Shown here: in pieces, positions 10,063 through 19,958 of the stretch
Numbering within the stretch: position 1 is the first letter of the stretch
How the letters are laid out: the number at the start of each line of letters is the position of its first letter
Assembly (NCBI GenBank): GCA_041946735.1
Contig: JBHGAY010000008.1
Coordinates: 99,891 to 163,890, forward strand
Direction: 5' to 3'
DNA from: Candidatus Eiseniibacteriota bacterium
GTDB lineage: Bacteria > Eisenbacteria > RBG-16-71-46 > CAIMUX01 > VGJL01
DNA: 64,000 nucleotides
The notes under the pieces: generated by a model
Databases searched by the model: none
The model's input: only the letters and a program-made list of their open reading frames with translations
Told to the model about the DNA's origin: nothing
Position numbers and translations under genes: made by a program

Positions 10063-10112
10063 GGTCCAGTCTACTTCAAGCCCGGTCGCGGGTCTGCTAT
10101 CCTCGGCCCCCG

Positions 10113-11414
10113 ATGGCCATGCCTACCGAACGCTCTTCCTCTGTCCTGCTGCAGAGGCTCACCACTCTCGCCCGCTGGCGCCGCCTGATCCTTGCCCAGA
10201 CGCTCGCCACCGCGGCCGTCGCCGCGATCGTCTCGCTTCTGCTCCCCGAGTGGTTCCGGTCGACCGCTTCGGTATTCCCGCCCGAAGAGGAGCAGCCGTT
10301 CGTCGCCTCCGACGCCTCGCTTGCCCTCTCCGCGATGAACCTCGGGCGCGCCTCGCTCCCGCTGCTCACGAATCCTTCCGACCTGTACGGATCGATCCTG
10401 AAGAGCCGGTCGGTTCGCGAGGCGATCATCGAGAAGCACGGCCTCGAGGACGAGTTCAAGGTCGAGACGATGGACGACGCGCTCAAGATCCTCCGCGCGC
10501 GGACCCGCGTGAAGGTCGGAAACGATGGCGTCGTCTCGGTGACGGTCACCGACAAGAGCGCCGCGAAGGCGGCAGCGATCGCGAACGATTACGTGGCGAT
10601 GCTCGACCAGAAGGTCCGTGAGAGACGCCGCTCGACCGCATCGGCGGTCCGCGCCTTTCTCGAGAATCGGGTCGAGGAGTGCCGCTCCGCGCTCGCCCAG
10701 GCCGAGGAGGATCTCCAGAGGATTCAGCAACGCACCGGCATTCTCGCCCCCGAGGACCAGGCGAGGGCGATCCTGAACAGCGCGGTCCAGGTCGAGCTGG
10801 CCCGCCGGTCTCGTGAGGTGGAGTTGGGGATGCTCCGCGCCCAGGTGGGACCGAGCGACCCGCAGTACGCCCGCCTGACGCGCGAGATCGGCCTGCTGAA
10901 CCGCCAGCTCGAGGAGATGGACCAGGGCGGCGGCGGTCGCGGTCCGCTCGTGGCGCAGGCGGGAGATCCGGCTGCGGGCGCCTTCTGGAACGACTCGGTG
11001 GCCGCCGGCATGGTCGCCGTCCGCCCTCAGAACGTGCCGCTCGCCGAGTTCCCGGCACGGGCCGCCGTGTACCTCCGCGCCTACCGCGAAGTGAAGATCC
11101 AGGAGGCGCTCTACCAGATCCTGATCGAGCAGTTCGAGCAGAGCCGGATCCAGGAGCTGCGCGACACGCCGAGCGTCCAGGTGCTCGACGCCGCCGTCCC
11201 GGCCGAGCGGCGATCGCGGCCGATCCGCTGGCTGATCGTCGCAAGCGCGACGATCCTCGCGTTCGCGATCTCCTACGGCATGGCGCTCGGCTTCGACGCC
11301 CTCGAACGCACTCGCCGCGAAGATCCCATTCGCTGGAAGACCCTCGGCGCCCTCGGTTCCAGCCTGCGCCCGAGCCGCTGGTTCGGGCGCGGCGACGACC
11401 TCCCCGCTCCGTAG
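10113..11414 (+). CDS. Polysaccharide co-polymerase / chain-length determinant (Wzz/GumC-like)
   Basis: N- and C-terminal TM helices, coiled-coil periplasmic part, 'VQVLDAAVPAERRSRP'. Confidence 0.85.
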   Translation: MAMPTERSSSVLLQRLTTLARWRRLILAQTLATAAVAAIVSLLLPEWFRSTASVFPPEEEQPFVASDASLALSAMNLGRASLPLLTNPSDLYGSILKSRSVREAIIEKHGLEDEFKVETMDDALKILRARTRVKVGNDGVVSVTVTDKSAAKAAAIANDYVAMLDQKVRERRRSTASAVRAFLENRVEECRSALAQAEEDLQRIQQRTGILAPEDQARAILNSAVQVELARRSREVELGMLRAQVGPSDPQYARLTREIGLLNRQLEEMDQGGGGRGPLVAQAGDPAAGAFWNDSVAAGMVAVRPQNVPLAEFPARAAVYLRAYREVKIQEALYQILIEQFEQSRIQELRDTPSVQVLDAAVPAERRSRPIRWLIVASATILAFAISYGMALGFDALERTRREDPIRWKTLGALGSSLRPSRWFGRGDDLPAP

Positions 11415-11452
11415 GCGGCGCAGGGCGGTCGGGCGGACACCCGCGGATCGAT

Positions 11453-12817
11453 ATGCGGCAACATTCTCCCTGGATCCCGGCGCGGCTGCTGCCGTCTCGC
11501 GACCTCCCAAACGCGACCGTTCTCGCGGCCGGGCTTGCGATCGCGCTCCTCGGAAACGTGGCGATCCTCCTCGCTCTCCCGCGCGCCCACGTCCTTCTCG
11601 CTCTCGCTGCTGGAGTGGCGGCCGCGCTCTTCCTGATCGGGCGGCTCTCGTGGTCGGTCGCGCTCCTCGCCATCGGCGCGCCGCTCCTCGATCCGATCAC
11701 GGTTCTGTTGCGCGACGAGGCGGTGCTCTTCTATGTGACACGCCTGCTCGTCGCCGGAGGAGCCGCCTGGCTCCTGTTCGTCTCTCCCGACCCGATCGAG
11801 CCTTTGATGCGCCTCGCGCGCGACCGGGTGTTCCAGGCGGCCGTCCTGCTCGGCGCCGTCCTCTTCGTTCGGGCGATCGACTCGCCGGCTCCCGAGTACG
11901 CGCGCTGGAAGATGATCAGCTACGCGGGGACCAACCTGCTTCTGTTCGCCGGAGGGTTCCTGGCGCTCGCCCCGCGGACGGCCGATGCTCCGGCTGCCTC
12001 GGATGCGCGCCTGCGCTCTCTCCTGCGCGCCTCGCTGGCGTTCGCGGTCCTGATGGGGTGCGTCGCGCTCCTGAACTGGCCGCTGCACTTTCACAAATAC
12101 GGCGCGAGGCTGACGGCGCTCGGGATCAACCCGGTCTGGATGGCGCGGACGATGGGGCTGGGGATCTTGATCGCGGTCGCGTTTCGCGCGGAGGCGCGCA
12201 TCGGGCGGGCGGCGGTCGTGGTCCTCTCCGCCCTCCTGGGACTCGTCCTCGTGCTCGCCGGCTCCCGCGCCCCGCTGGCGGGGACGCTTCTGGCGGTCGC
12301 CCTCTTCTCCCTCTTCCTCTACCGGCGGCGAATCACGTTTGCGCGGCTCGCGGCGCTTGCGTCCGCGGGGATCGCCACCGGAGGAGTGGCGCTGATCGCG
12401 ATGCCCGAGGTGCTGCGCGAGCGTTTCCTGCATCCGACCGGGGAGCTGTCGGCGGTCGCGCGCATGGGGATCGCGCGCGTCGTGCGCGAGGGCTTCGCGC
12501 AGGCCGGCTGGCTCGGCCTCGGCACAGGCGGCTTCAGCAAGATGATGGGGCTCGGCGACCGCCGGGTCTACCCGCACAACCTGGTCGCCGAGATCACCAT
12601 CGAGAACGGCATCCCCGGTCTGGTCGCGCTCCTGCTCTTCCTCGGCCTCGCCTTCCATCGCGGGATCGTGGGGCTGCGGAAGCGGCGGGCGGGCGCGACG
12701 CCCGCCCTGTTGATGGCGCTGTTCATCTACGCGGTCTGGAACGCGCAGTTCAGTGGCGACATCACGGTGAACGAATGGGTCTGGCTCTTCGCCGGATGCC
12801 TCGCCGCCCGCGCATGA
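11453..12817 (+). CDS. O-antigen ligase/polymerase (Wzy_C family) membrane protein
   Basis: Many TM helices, 'GSRAP', 'GLGTGGF...YPHNLVAEI..ENGIPG'. Confidence 0.85.
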   Translation: MRQHSPWIPARLLPSRDLPNATVLAAGLAIALLGNVAILLALPRAHVLLALAAGVAAALFLIGRLSWSVALLAIGAPLLDPITVLLRDEAVLFYVTRLLVAGGAAWLLFVSPDPIEPLMRLARDRVFQAAVLLGAVLFVRAIDSPAPEYARWKMISYAGTNLLLFAGGFLALAPRTADAPAASDARLRSLLRASLAFAVLMGCVALLNWPLHFHKYGARLTALGINPVWMARTMGLGILIAVAFRAEARIGRAAVVVLSALLGLVLVLAGSRAPLAGTLLAVALFSLFLYRRRITFARLAALASAGIATGGVALIAMPEVLRERFLHPTGELSAVARMGIARVVREGFAQAGWLGLGTGGFSKMMGLGDRRVYPHNLVAEITIENGIPGLVALLLFLGLAFHRGIVGLRKRRAGATPALLMALFIYAVWNAQFSGDITVNEWVWLFAGCLAARA

Positions 12818-14085
12818 GCGGGGCGCGGCCGCTTCGGATCGCCGCCTTTTCCGCGGTCGACCTGTCCCTGCCTGGAGGGCACGCGCTCCACCTACGCGGC
12901 CTGCTCGATGCCCTCGCCTCCCGCGGTCACGACATCGTCCTCGTGACCCCCGCGCCGTCGGGCTCCGCGCCGCCCACTCGGTTCGCGCGCCTGACCGTCC
13001 CGCTGCTGCAATGGCGCGTGCTCGGGCATTGGAGCTTCGAGCTGCTCGGCGGCGTGCGGCTGCTCGCGCGCGCCCTCCTCGCCCGCCCGCATCTGATCTA
13101 CGCGCGGCAGGACCTCTACACGCGCGCGCCCGCGGTCGTCGCGCGCCTGCTCCGGCTCCCTCTCGTCCTCGAGGTGAACGCGTCGATCGTCGACTCGTTG
13201 CCGGCCGAGACGCGGCGGAGCGTGCGGCGGATGGTGGCGGCGTCCGAGCAGCGCATGGCGCGCGCCGCTTCGGCCATCGTGGTGCTCGACGAGAGGCTGG
13301 GGGAGCGGCTCGCCGAGCGAACCGGCATCCCGCGCGAACGCCTGCGCACCGTCCCGATCGCCACGCACCTCCCGTCGGCGCTCATCCTTGCCGCGGGACC
13401 CGCCACGCGCCGCGAGGAGGGAATCGCCGCGGGGACGTTCGTGGTGGGCTTCGCGGGGAACCTCTCGCCCATGCAGGGGAGCGACCGGTTGCTCGAAGCG
13501 GTGGCGAGCTTCCCGGCCGTCGGCGCCGACCCGCCGGTCGTTTGCTGGATCGTCGGCGACGGAGCCGGCGCTGCGGCGCTGCGCCGCCGCGCCCGCGCGC
13601 TGGGTCTCGACGGCCGCCGGGTTCGCTTCTTCGGCGGCCTGCTCCGCGAGGAGACGGACCGCCTTCTCGCCGCCTGCCACGTCCTCGTCGCCCCGTACCA
13701 TGTCGATTCGTGGGAGCGCGCCTCGCGCGGCGGACCGATCTCCTCGAAAATCCTGACCTATCTCGCGTCCGACCGGCCGGTCGTCGTCACGCCGCTTTCT
13801 CCCTACGCCTGGATCGAGGAGAGGGGATTCGGCTCGCTGGCCGCGAGCGACGAATCGGCGGATCTGGCTCGTGCGATCGCCGCGTGGGCTGTCCGCTGGC
13901 GGGACGATGGGGCGCCCGAGGTCGACTGGCCGTGGCCGTCGCCCGGTCCCGCACGCCGCTGGATCGAGGCGGAGCGGACGTGGGATCACGCGGCTGCCGA
14001 CGTGGAGGATGTCCTGCGGGGGATCGCGGGGCCGGCGGCTCCGAGCGGACGCGCCGCTACTTCGTCAGCGCCACGACCGAGATGA
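12814..14085 (+). CDS. Glycosyltransferase family 4 (GT-B)
   Basis: ATGA overlap with the upstream gene; 'VGFAGNL...QG', 'IVGDG', 'SKILTYLAS.RPVV'. Confidence 0.85.
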   Translation: MSGARPLRIAAFSAVDLSLPGGHALHLRGLLDALASRGHDIVLVTPAPSGSAPPTRFARLTVPLLQWRVLGHWSFELLGGVRLLARALLARPHLIYARQDLYTRAPAVVARLLRLPLVLEVNASIVDSLPAETRRSVRRMVAASEQRMARAASAIVVLDERLGERLAERTGIPRERLRTVPIATHLPSALILAAGPATRREEGIAAGTFVVGFAGNLSPMQGSDRLLEAVASFPAVGADPPVVCWIVGDGAGAAALRRRARALGLDGRRVRFFGGLLREETDRLLAACHVLVAPYHVDSWERASRGGPISSKILTYLASDRPVVVTPLSPYAWIEERGFGSLAASDESADLARAIAAWAVRWRDDGAPEVDWPWPSPGPARRWIEAERTWDHAAADVEDVLRGIAGPAAPSGRAATSSAPRPR

Positions 14086-15352
14086 CGAGCGCCGTGATCC
14101 CGCTGATCGGCGCGAGCAGCGTCGACACGCGGTAGGTCCACCGCTCCGGGACGATCACCGTGGCGCCGGGGGCGAGGTAGGCTTCGCTCCCCACGTCCTG
14201 CGCCTTCGCTCCCTCCGCCGGGCGCAGCTTCCACCCGTCGCCGCGCCCCAGCTCGGTCGGGCCGCCCGCCATCCGCACGTAGTCCGAAGCGGTGCGGGTC
14301 GGAAGGTGCGCGTACGGTCCCGGATATCGCACCGCGCCGATCACGTAGACCCAGCGGTTGCGCACGGCTGCCTCGAGCTGATCGCCGGCTTCGAGCGGCA
14401 GGCTCTGCGCCTCCTCACGGCTCAGCGCGCGCCGCTCACCGCCACGCACGAGGAACACCTCGCCGCTCGCGTCCTCCGACAGCCCGCCCGCTCGAGCGAG
14501 CAGGAAGCCGGCCGTGTCCCCGTCGAGCCATTCGAGCATGATGTTCGGCGGTTCGACGATCCGTGAGCCGACGTTCGGGACGACGACCGCCTGAGTCGGT
14601 CCCGGTAGGCCTCGCACCGCTCCCGCGACCCGCACGAAGTCCTGGGCAGGCGGGACGTGCACGCGGCAACCGGGCCGCAGCGGCGGGTTCTGGTCGACGT
14701 CCCCTTCGATCGCGAAGCGGACGAGATCGACCTCGCGCTTCGATCCGTCCGGCTGCTCGAGGACGACGCGGCGCAGCGTGCCGCCGGGGAGCGGCCCACC
14801 CGCTGCGGCGAGGGCGATCGAGAGCCGGTCGTATCCGCGCAGCGACTGGATGCCCGGATTGACAACGAGCCCGGTCACCGGCACACGGAAGGCGCCCGGC
14901 TGCAGGAGATGGACGGCGAGCGGCTTGCCGGGGAACCGGACGCTGAGCTTCTCGCGAATCGCGCCGTCGACCTCCGCGAGGCTTCGCCCGGAAGCGGGGA
15001 CCGAGTCGACGCCCGGCAGCAGCAGGTCTCCCTCCGCGCTGACCGCGACGCGCCATCCGCGATCGGTCTCGCCGCCGACCTCGATCTGCACGACGTCTCC
15101 CGGGACCATCGTGTAGGTGGCGGGATCGATCGGACGCTCGAGCGCGGGAGAGACTTCCGGAGAGCCGCTCGTCGAAGTCGTGATCTGCCCGAGCTGCGAA
15201 GGACGGAAGAGCGCGTCGTACTCGAAGGAGCCGGCGTCGAAGCCGGCCGCGCCGGCCGGCCGCGAGGCGAGCGGCCCAAGGGTCGCGATGACCGCGACGA
15301 GCACCATGGCGACGCTCCGCGCGGTTTCGCTCGCTGCCGCTCTCGATCCCAT
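14057..15352 (-). CDS. Polysaccharide export protein with SLBB domains (Wza/KpsD-like)
   Basis: 'Y.MVPGDVVQI', repeated 'V.V.GAV..PG' and 'AGG' SLBB motifs; GGGAGGG RBS before ATG 15352. Confidence 0.85.
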   Translation of the reverse strand: MGSRAAASETARSVAMVLVAVIATLGPLASRPAGAAGFDAGSFEYDALFRPSQLGQITTSTSGSPEVSPALERPIDPATYTMVPGDVVQIEVGGETDRGWRVAVSAEGDLLLPGVDSVPASGRSLAEVDGAIREKLSVRFPGKPLAVHLLQPGAFRVPVTGLVVNPGIQSLRGYDRLSIALAAAGGPLPGGTLRRVVLEQPDGSKREVDLVRFAIEGDVDQNPPLRPGCRVHVPPAQDFVRVAGAVRGLPGPTQAVVVPNVGSRIVEPPNIMLEWLDGDTAGFLLARAGGLSEDASGEVFLVRGGERRALSREEAQSLPLEAGDQLEAAVRNRWVYVIGAVRYPGPYAHLPTRTASDYVRMAGGPTELGRGDGWKLRPAEGAKAQDVGSEAYLAPGATVIVPERWTYRVSTLLAPISGITALVISVVALTK

Positions 15353-15464
15353 CGAGTCCCTCCCTTCGGCGGCCCCCGTCCCTCGTTCCGGTCGGATCAT
15401 ACGGACCGCGAAGCGCGTCCCGCAATCACACGGGAGCCAATCCGGATGCCGCCCGTCCTCGCGC

Positions 15465-15536
15465 CGCCCGCACCCGCGAACCCGCCACCCACGAACCCGC
15501 CCCCCACGAGCCCGCGAGCCCCCGCGAACCCGCCTC
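15465..15536. repeat. Imperfect CCC(G/A)CGAACCCGCC repeats, intergenic
   Basis: 4-5 degenerate copies. Confidence 0.55.
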
Positions 15537-15544
15537 GCTCCCTC

Positions 15545-16207
15545 TCAGAAGCGGAATCCGACGCCGAGCCCGAAGGTGAGCCTGTCGAGGTGCAGGGTCG
15601 ACGTCCCTCTCTCCTGCGAGTCGACCTCGAGATCGAGCGGGTTCCATCGGAGGTCGAAGTTCCAGAGGACGTTCCGCGCCAGGCCGACGTCGGCCCCGAG
15701 CTGCACGGCCGGTCCGGCTCCCGTACGCACATCGTCGGAATCGAGCAGCCCGCTCTTCTCCCAGCAAACTGTGAGATTTCCTCCCAGCCCGACGTACGGG
15801 CGGAAGCTCGTGGAGCTGCGCGGCCGGTACTGCAGGAGCAGATCGATCGGGAGCAGTTCGAGCGAGCCGAGGCGCAAGTCGTCGCCGCCGTCCTGCTGCG
15901 CCACGTTGACCTCGCGCGACTCGGTTCCTGCGGTCAGCTCGAGGGCGAACCGCCGGCTCACCGCCCGCGACACCGACGCCTCGAGCATGAATGCGCTGTA
16001 GACCTTGTAGCCGGGCGGGTCGGACTCCTCACTCGAGCCGGTCAGGATCGCGCGCGTCCGAAACGTCCACGCCGGCTCGCCGGACAGCGCCGGCTCGCCG
16101 GACAGCGCCGACTCGCCGGACAGTGCCGACTCGGCGCGCGCCTCGGCCGCCGGCGTGCAAGCCGCCGCGACGATCAGGATCCCGACATAGAGATTTCCCC
16201 GCCTCAT
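15545..16207 (-). CDS. OmpW family outer-membrane protein
   Basis: 'LLPIDLLLQY', 'FRPYVGLG', C-terminal 'GLGVGFRF'. Confidence 0.8.
   Translation of the reverse strand: MRRGNLYVGILIVAAACTPAAEARAESALSGESALSGEPALSGEPAWTFRTRAILTGSSEESDPPGYKVYSAFMLEASVSRAVSRRFALELTAGTESREVNVAQQDGGDDLRLGSLELLPIDLLLQYRPRSSTSFRPYVGLGGNLTVCWEKSGLLDSDDVRTGAGPAVQLGADVGLARNVLWNFDLRWNPLDLEVDSQERGTSTLHLDRLTFGLGVGFRF
16071..16132. repeat. In-frame 18-bp tandem repeat (E[SP]ALSG x3.5) in the ompW-like gene
   Basis: GCCG(G/A)CTCGCCGGACAG(C/T) at 16071, 16089, 16107 and a partial copy at 16125. Confidence 0.9.
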
Positions 16208-17502
16208 CCCTTCCCCTCCCTTTCACGAACCCTTTCGTCAGGAGCCCCCCCGCCGAGAATGCCACCTCGGACGCGACGAGCAACCGTCCGCGCGGACTCC
16301 GGCAGGTAGTCCTTCCATCCGACGAGCGACGGCTCGAGCGGGAAGATCCGCCGCCGCGGCCGCGGCAGCGGATAGCGACCCGCCGCCGCGTCGCGGACGA
16401 GGTTCGCGTAGTCGCGTCCCATCCGCTCGACCGTGAAGCGCTCGGCCACCGTCCGGTGAGCTTCCGCGGCCATCCGAAGCCACCCCTCCCGATCGGCGTC
16501 GACGGACGCGACCGCGCGCGCGAAGGCGGAGGCGTCGCGCGGGACGAGCCAGCCGGACCGTCCCGGCACGACCGACTGGTCGGTCACCCCGCGGATCTCC
16601 GTCGCGATCGGCACGCATCCCGACGCCTGCGCCTCCAGGATCGAGACGCTCATCCCTTCGATCCGCGACGCCAGCAAGAGCGCGTGCGCGCCGCGGTAGA
16701 CATTGCGCGCCGCCTCGCGGTCCAACTCTCCCAGCCAGTCGATCGAATCGGCGACGCCGAGCGCGCGAGCCTTCTCGCGCAGCCGCGCCGCGTCGGGACC
16801 GTCCCCCGCGATGCGCAGCCTCGCGGCCCGCCCGGACGGCGCCGCCGCCTGCACTTGAGCCAGGATCTCCGGCAGCAGGAGCACCCCTTTCAGCGCCTCC
16901 TCGACACGCCCCACGTACGCGAGCACGAGCGGCCGATCCTTCTTCGCCCGCGCCTGCTCGAGGGCCGAGGGGTCGAGCGCGACGCCGTGCGGGATCCGCA
17001 CGACCGGACGCGATCCGGCGCGCATCCGCGCCGCATCCTCGATCCGTTCCGACGGGACGATCAAAGCGTTCCACGCGTCGCGGGCCGCGCAGCCGGTCCG
17101 CAGCATCGGCTCGGTGGGGGAGTGGAGGACGGGAAAGACCGCCATCCGGTTCGGAAGGAGCCGCATGGCGGCCTGTGCCGGCTCGCAATGATGCAGCAGG
17201 ATCGCGTCGTAGCGGAGGCGCGCGAGGGTGCGCCCGACACGCACCGCATGCGCCGCTCGCGAAAGCAGCTCGCCGCGAAGGATCGCGTGCGCCCGCATTC
17301 CGGCATCCGCGGCCGCTCGCTCGAACCAACCCCCGCGCTCCTGTGTCGCGAAGAGATCGACCTCGAAGCCGGCGCGCGTGAGCTCCCGGCCGATGTCGAG
17401 GAGGATCGAGCCGACGCCTCCGCATCGCAGAGCATAGGCCGCCTGCGCCACGCGCAGGGGGCGGCCGGCGTCTTCTCCAACTGCGCTGCGCTCGGTAGCC
17501 AC
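16204..17502 (-). CDS. Glycosyltransferase family 4 (GT-B)
   Basis: 'YVGRV..LKG', 'IAGDGP', 'SRIEGMSVSILEAQASGCVPI'. Confidence 0.9.
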   Translation of the reverse strand: MATERSAVGEDAGRPLRVAQAAYALRCGGVGSILLDIGRELTRAGFEVDLFATQERGGWFERAAADAGMRAHAILRGELLSRAAHAVRVGRTLARLRYDAILLHHCEPAQAAMRLLPNRMAVFPVLHSPTEPMLRTGCAARDAWNALIVPSERIEDAARMRAGSRPVVRIPHGVALDPSALEQARAKKDRPLVLAYVGRVEEALKGVLLLPEILAQVQAAAPSGRAARLRIAGDGPDAARLREKARALGVADSIDWLGELDREAARNVYRGAHALLLASRIEGMSVSILEAQASGCVPIATEIRGVTDQSVVPGRSGWLVPRDASAFARAVASVDADREGWLRMAAEAHRTVAERFTVERMGRDYANLVRDAAAGRYPLPRPRRRIFPLEPSLVGWKDYLPESARTVARRVRGGILGGGAPDERVREREGKG

Positions 17503-17620
17503 GGGAGAGATCGTAGCACTCCCGCGTCATGCGGACAGACCGCGCGGGCGCCCTAGGCAAGGGGCCGAGCCCGAAGGGCAGGAGCGGCCGATCGGCGGCC
17601 GGGGGCGGCAATGGAGAGCC

Positions 17621-19000
17621 TTACCGCCGCCTCCCTACGCTCCTGCCCTCCGACCTCGTGGGTCGTTCCGCGAGGGATCGTCGCGCTCCAGCAGCCACGG
17701 CCGCGGCCGCTGCAGCCGCCGGAACGGCGCGCAGCGGGCTCCCCGCAGCCCGCCCCAGCCGCTCGAGATCCCCGGCCGCCGCACCCGAATCGACCCGCAA
17801 CTGTCCCTGGGCGATCGGGACCGCGATCTTCAGCATCAGGCTGAACGCGAGGAAGCCGAACGCGAAGATACCGGCCGCGACACGAAGCTCCGTGACCGTC
17901 GGGGCGTATTCGTAGATCTCGCCCAGCGCGTCGGGGGTGAGTCCCGGAATGATCAAGCCCATTCCCTTTTCGATGTAGACGCCGGCGTAGGTCGCCAGGC
18001 ATCCGAGGTTCAGCGTCCACGGATTGCGCCTCGCCGAGGGGACGATGAACAGCCCAAAGGCGACCAGGTTCAACGCCACCGCCGTCCACGCGTAGGGGAC
18101 GAGCGTGCGATGGTCCCCGAGTCCCTGGTACCAGTACCGCGTGTAGAGCAGGTGCTCCGTGTGGGAGTAATACTCCTTGAACGCCTCGGCCCCGTGCAGA
18201 AAGAGGTTCAGGAACATCGCGTAGGCCATCAGCTCCGCGATCTTCCAGATCGCCTCGTCCTGGATCTCGAACCGCGTGAACCGCCGCAGGAGCTGCAGGA
18301 CGAAGAGCAGAATCGCCGGCCCCGAGCAGAACGCCGACGCGAGGAACTGGGGCGCGAGAATCGACGAGTTCCAGTAGGGCCGCGCGGCCAGCCCGTTGTA
18401 CAGAAACGCGGTCACCGTGTGGATCCCGACCGCCATCGGGATCGACAGCAGGACCATCGGGACCACGAAGCGTTTGACGTAGGGGCGCCCGGTGAACGCG
18501 CGGTAGAGGATGTGTGTCACGACCGCCAGGTTCACGAGGAAGTACAAGTTCAGGACGAGGACGTCCCACGCGAGGATCGACCTCGGGAAGTTCAGCCGCC
18601 CGAACGGCGGAAGGAGATGCCAGAACCGGTCGGGGCGCCCGATGTCGACCAGGACGAAGAGCAGGCACATGACGATCGCGCTGACCGCGAGCAGTTCTCC
18701 GTATACGACGATCTGGCGGATCGGCTTCCAGTCGTACACGTACGCGGGGATCACGAGGATCACCGCCGCGGCCGCGACGCCGACGAGGAACGTGAAGTTG
18801 CCGATGTAGAAGCCCCAGCTCACCTGGTCGCGCATCGCCGTGACGGCGAGCCCGGTCCCGACCTGCCCGGCGAACGCCAGCGCCCCGGACGCGATCAGCC
18901 CGGCGAGGAGGGCGAGCCATCCCCACCAGGCAGCGTTGCCTCGGACGACCGCGCGGACGCTTCCGCCTACGAAACGGGAGAACAATCGCACCTGGATCAC
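17621..19000 (-). CDS. NrfD/PsrC-family quinol-interacting membrane subunit (DsrP-like)
   Basis: 'VSWGFYIGNFTFLVGVAA', 'VDIGRPDRFWH', 'IHTVTAFLY', about 10 TM helices. Confidence 0.9.
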   Translation of the reverse strand: MIQVRLFSRFVGGSVRAVVRGNAAWWGWLALLAGLIASGALAFAGQVGTGLAVTAMRDQVSWGFYIGNFTFLVGVAAAAVILVIPAYVYDWKPIRQIVVYGELLAVSAIVMCLLFVLVDIGRPDRFWHLLPPFGRLNFPRSILAWDVLVLNLYFLVNLAVVTHILYRAFTGRPYVKRFVVPMVLLSIPMAVGIHTVTAFLYNGLAARPYWNSSILAPQFLASAFCSGPAILLFVLQLLRRFTRFEIQDEAIWKIAELMAYAMFLNLFLHGAEAFKEYYSHTEHLLYTRYWYQGLGDHRTLVPYAWTAVALNLVAFGLFIVPSARRNPWTLNLGCLATYAGVYIEKGMGLIIPGLTPDALGEIYEYAPTVTELRVAAGIFAFGFLAFSLMLKIAVPIAQGQLRVDSGAAAGDLERLGRAAGSPLRAVPAAAAAAAVAAGARRSLAERPTRSEGRSVGRRR

Positions 19001-19007
19001 GCCGACC

Positions 19008-19958
19008 TCATGTCCCGTAGAAGTAGAAGAACTTCGGGACGGTGTTCAGGTCCTCTTTCAACACGAGCACCCGCTTGTGCTCGATGATGTAGCGGATCTC
19101 GCTGTCGGGATCGAGAAGGTTGCCGAACTTGCGGGCCCCGACCGGGCAGACTTCCACGCACGCCGGATACCGCCCTGCGCGGGTCCGCTGGATGCAGAAC
19201 GTGCACTTCTCGACGACCCCCTTCGGTCGCGGTCGGTTGCCCAGGACGTGCATGTTCGGATTCAGCTCGTCGGAAGGAATCGACGGAGCGGCCCAGTTGA
19301 AGTGCCGTGCGCCATAAGGGCAGGCGGCCATGCAGTACCGGCAGCCGATGCACCAGTCGTAGTCGATCACCACGATGCCGTCCGGCTCCGTCCACGTCGC
19401 CCCGGTCGGACAGACCTTCGTGCACGGAGGGTTCTCGCACTGCTGGCAGGAGACCGGCACGTAGAACTTGCCCTCCTGGGGGACCTGCTCCGGGTCGTAG
19501 TAGGCGTCGGCCTCGGAGAGATCCACACCCTTCTCCTTGTCCATCTCGAGGACCCGGATCCACTGCACTTGCGGATCGCGAGAAGGGTTGTTCTCCTCGA
19601 CGCAGGCATAGACGCAGCGGCGGCACCCGATGCAGCGCGAGATGTCGAGGGCATAGCCAAAGAGGACGCCGCGGGCCGCAGGTGCATCGCTCAGACTCAC
19701 GTCGGACCGGCCGTACTGGTTCCTGTAACGCTCCTCCATCTCGTGGATCGCCGAGCGAAGCCGGTCGGGCGGGAAGTCGCGCAGGCGTCGCGGCCCGCAG
19801 GAAGTCAGGATCCAGACCGCGGCTGCGGAGGCGGCCGAAGCGAGGAGCTTCCTTCGAGTGAGCCCGCCCGAAGCGCACCCTTGCGCGCAGGCCGCCGCGT
19901 CGGCGACCTCCTCCATCTGCCGCCGGCCGTCCGGTCCGACCCCGTCGCATGCGCTCAT
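19008..19958 (-). CDS. 4x[4Fe-4S] ferredoxin subunit (NrfC/DsrO-like) with Tat-like signal
   Basis: 'LTRRKLL' twin-arginine motif; CIGCRRC, CQQCENPPC, CIGCRYC, CTFC motifs. Confidence 0.9.
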   Translation of the reverse strand: MSACDGVGPDGRRQMEEVADAAACAQGCASGGLTRRKLLASAASAAAVWILTSCGPRRLRDFPPDRLRSAIHEMEERYRNQYGRSDVSLSDAPAARGVLFGYALDISRCIGCRRCVYACVEENNPSRDPQVQWIRVLEMDKEKGVDLSEADAYYDPEQVPQEGKFYVPVSCQQCENPPCTKVCPTGATWTEPDGIVVIDYDWCIGCRYCMAACPYGARHFNWAAPSIPSDELNPNMHVLGNRPRPKGVVEKCTFCIQRTRAGRYPACVEVCPVGARKFGNLLDPDSEIRYIIEHKRVLVLKEDLNTVPKFFYFYGT

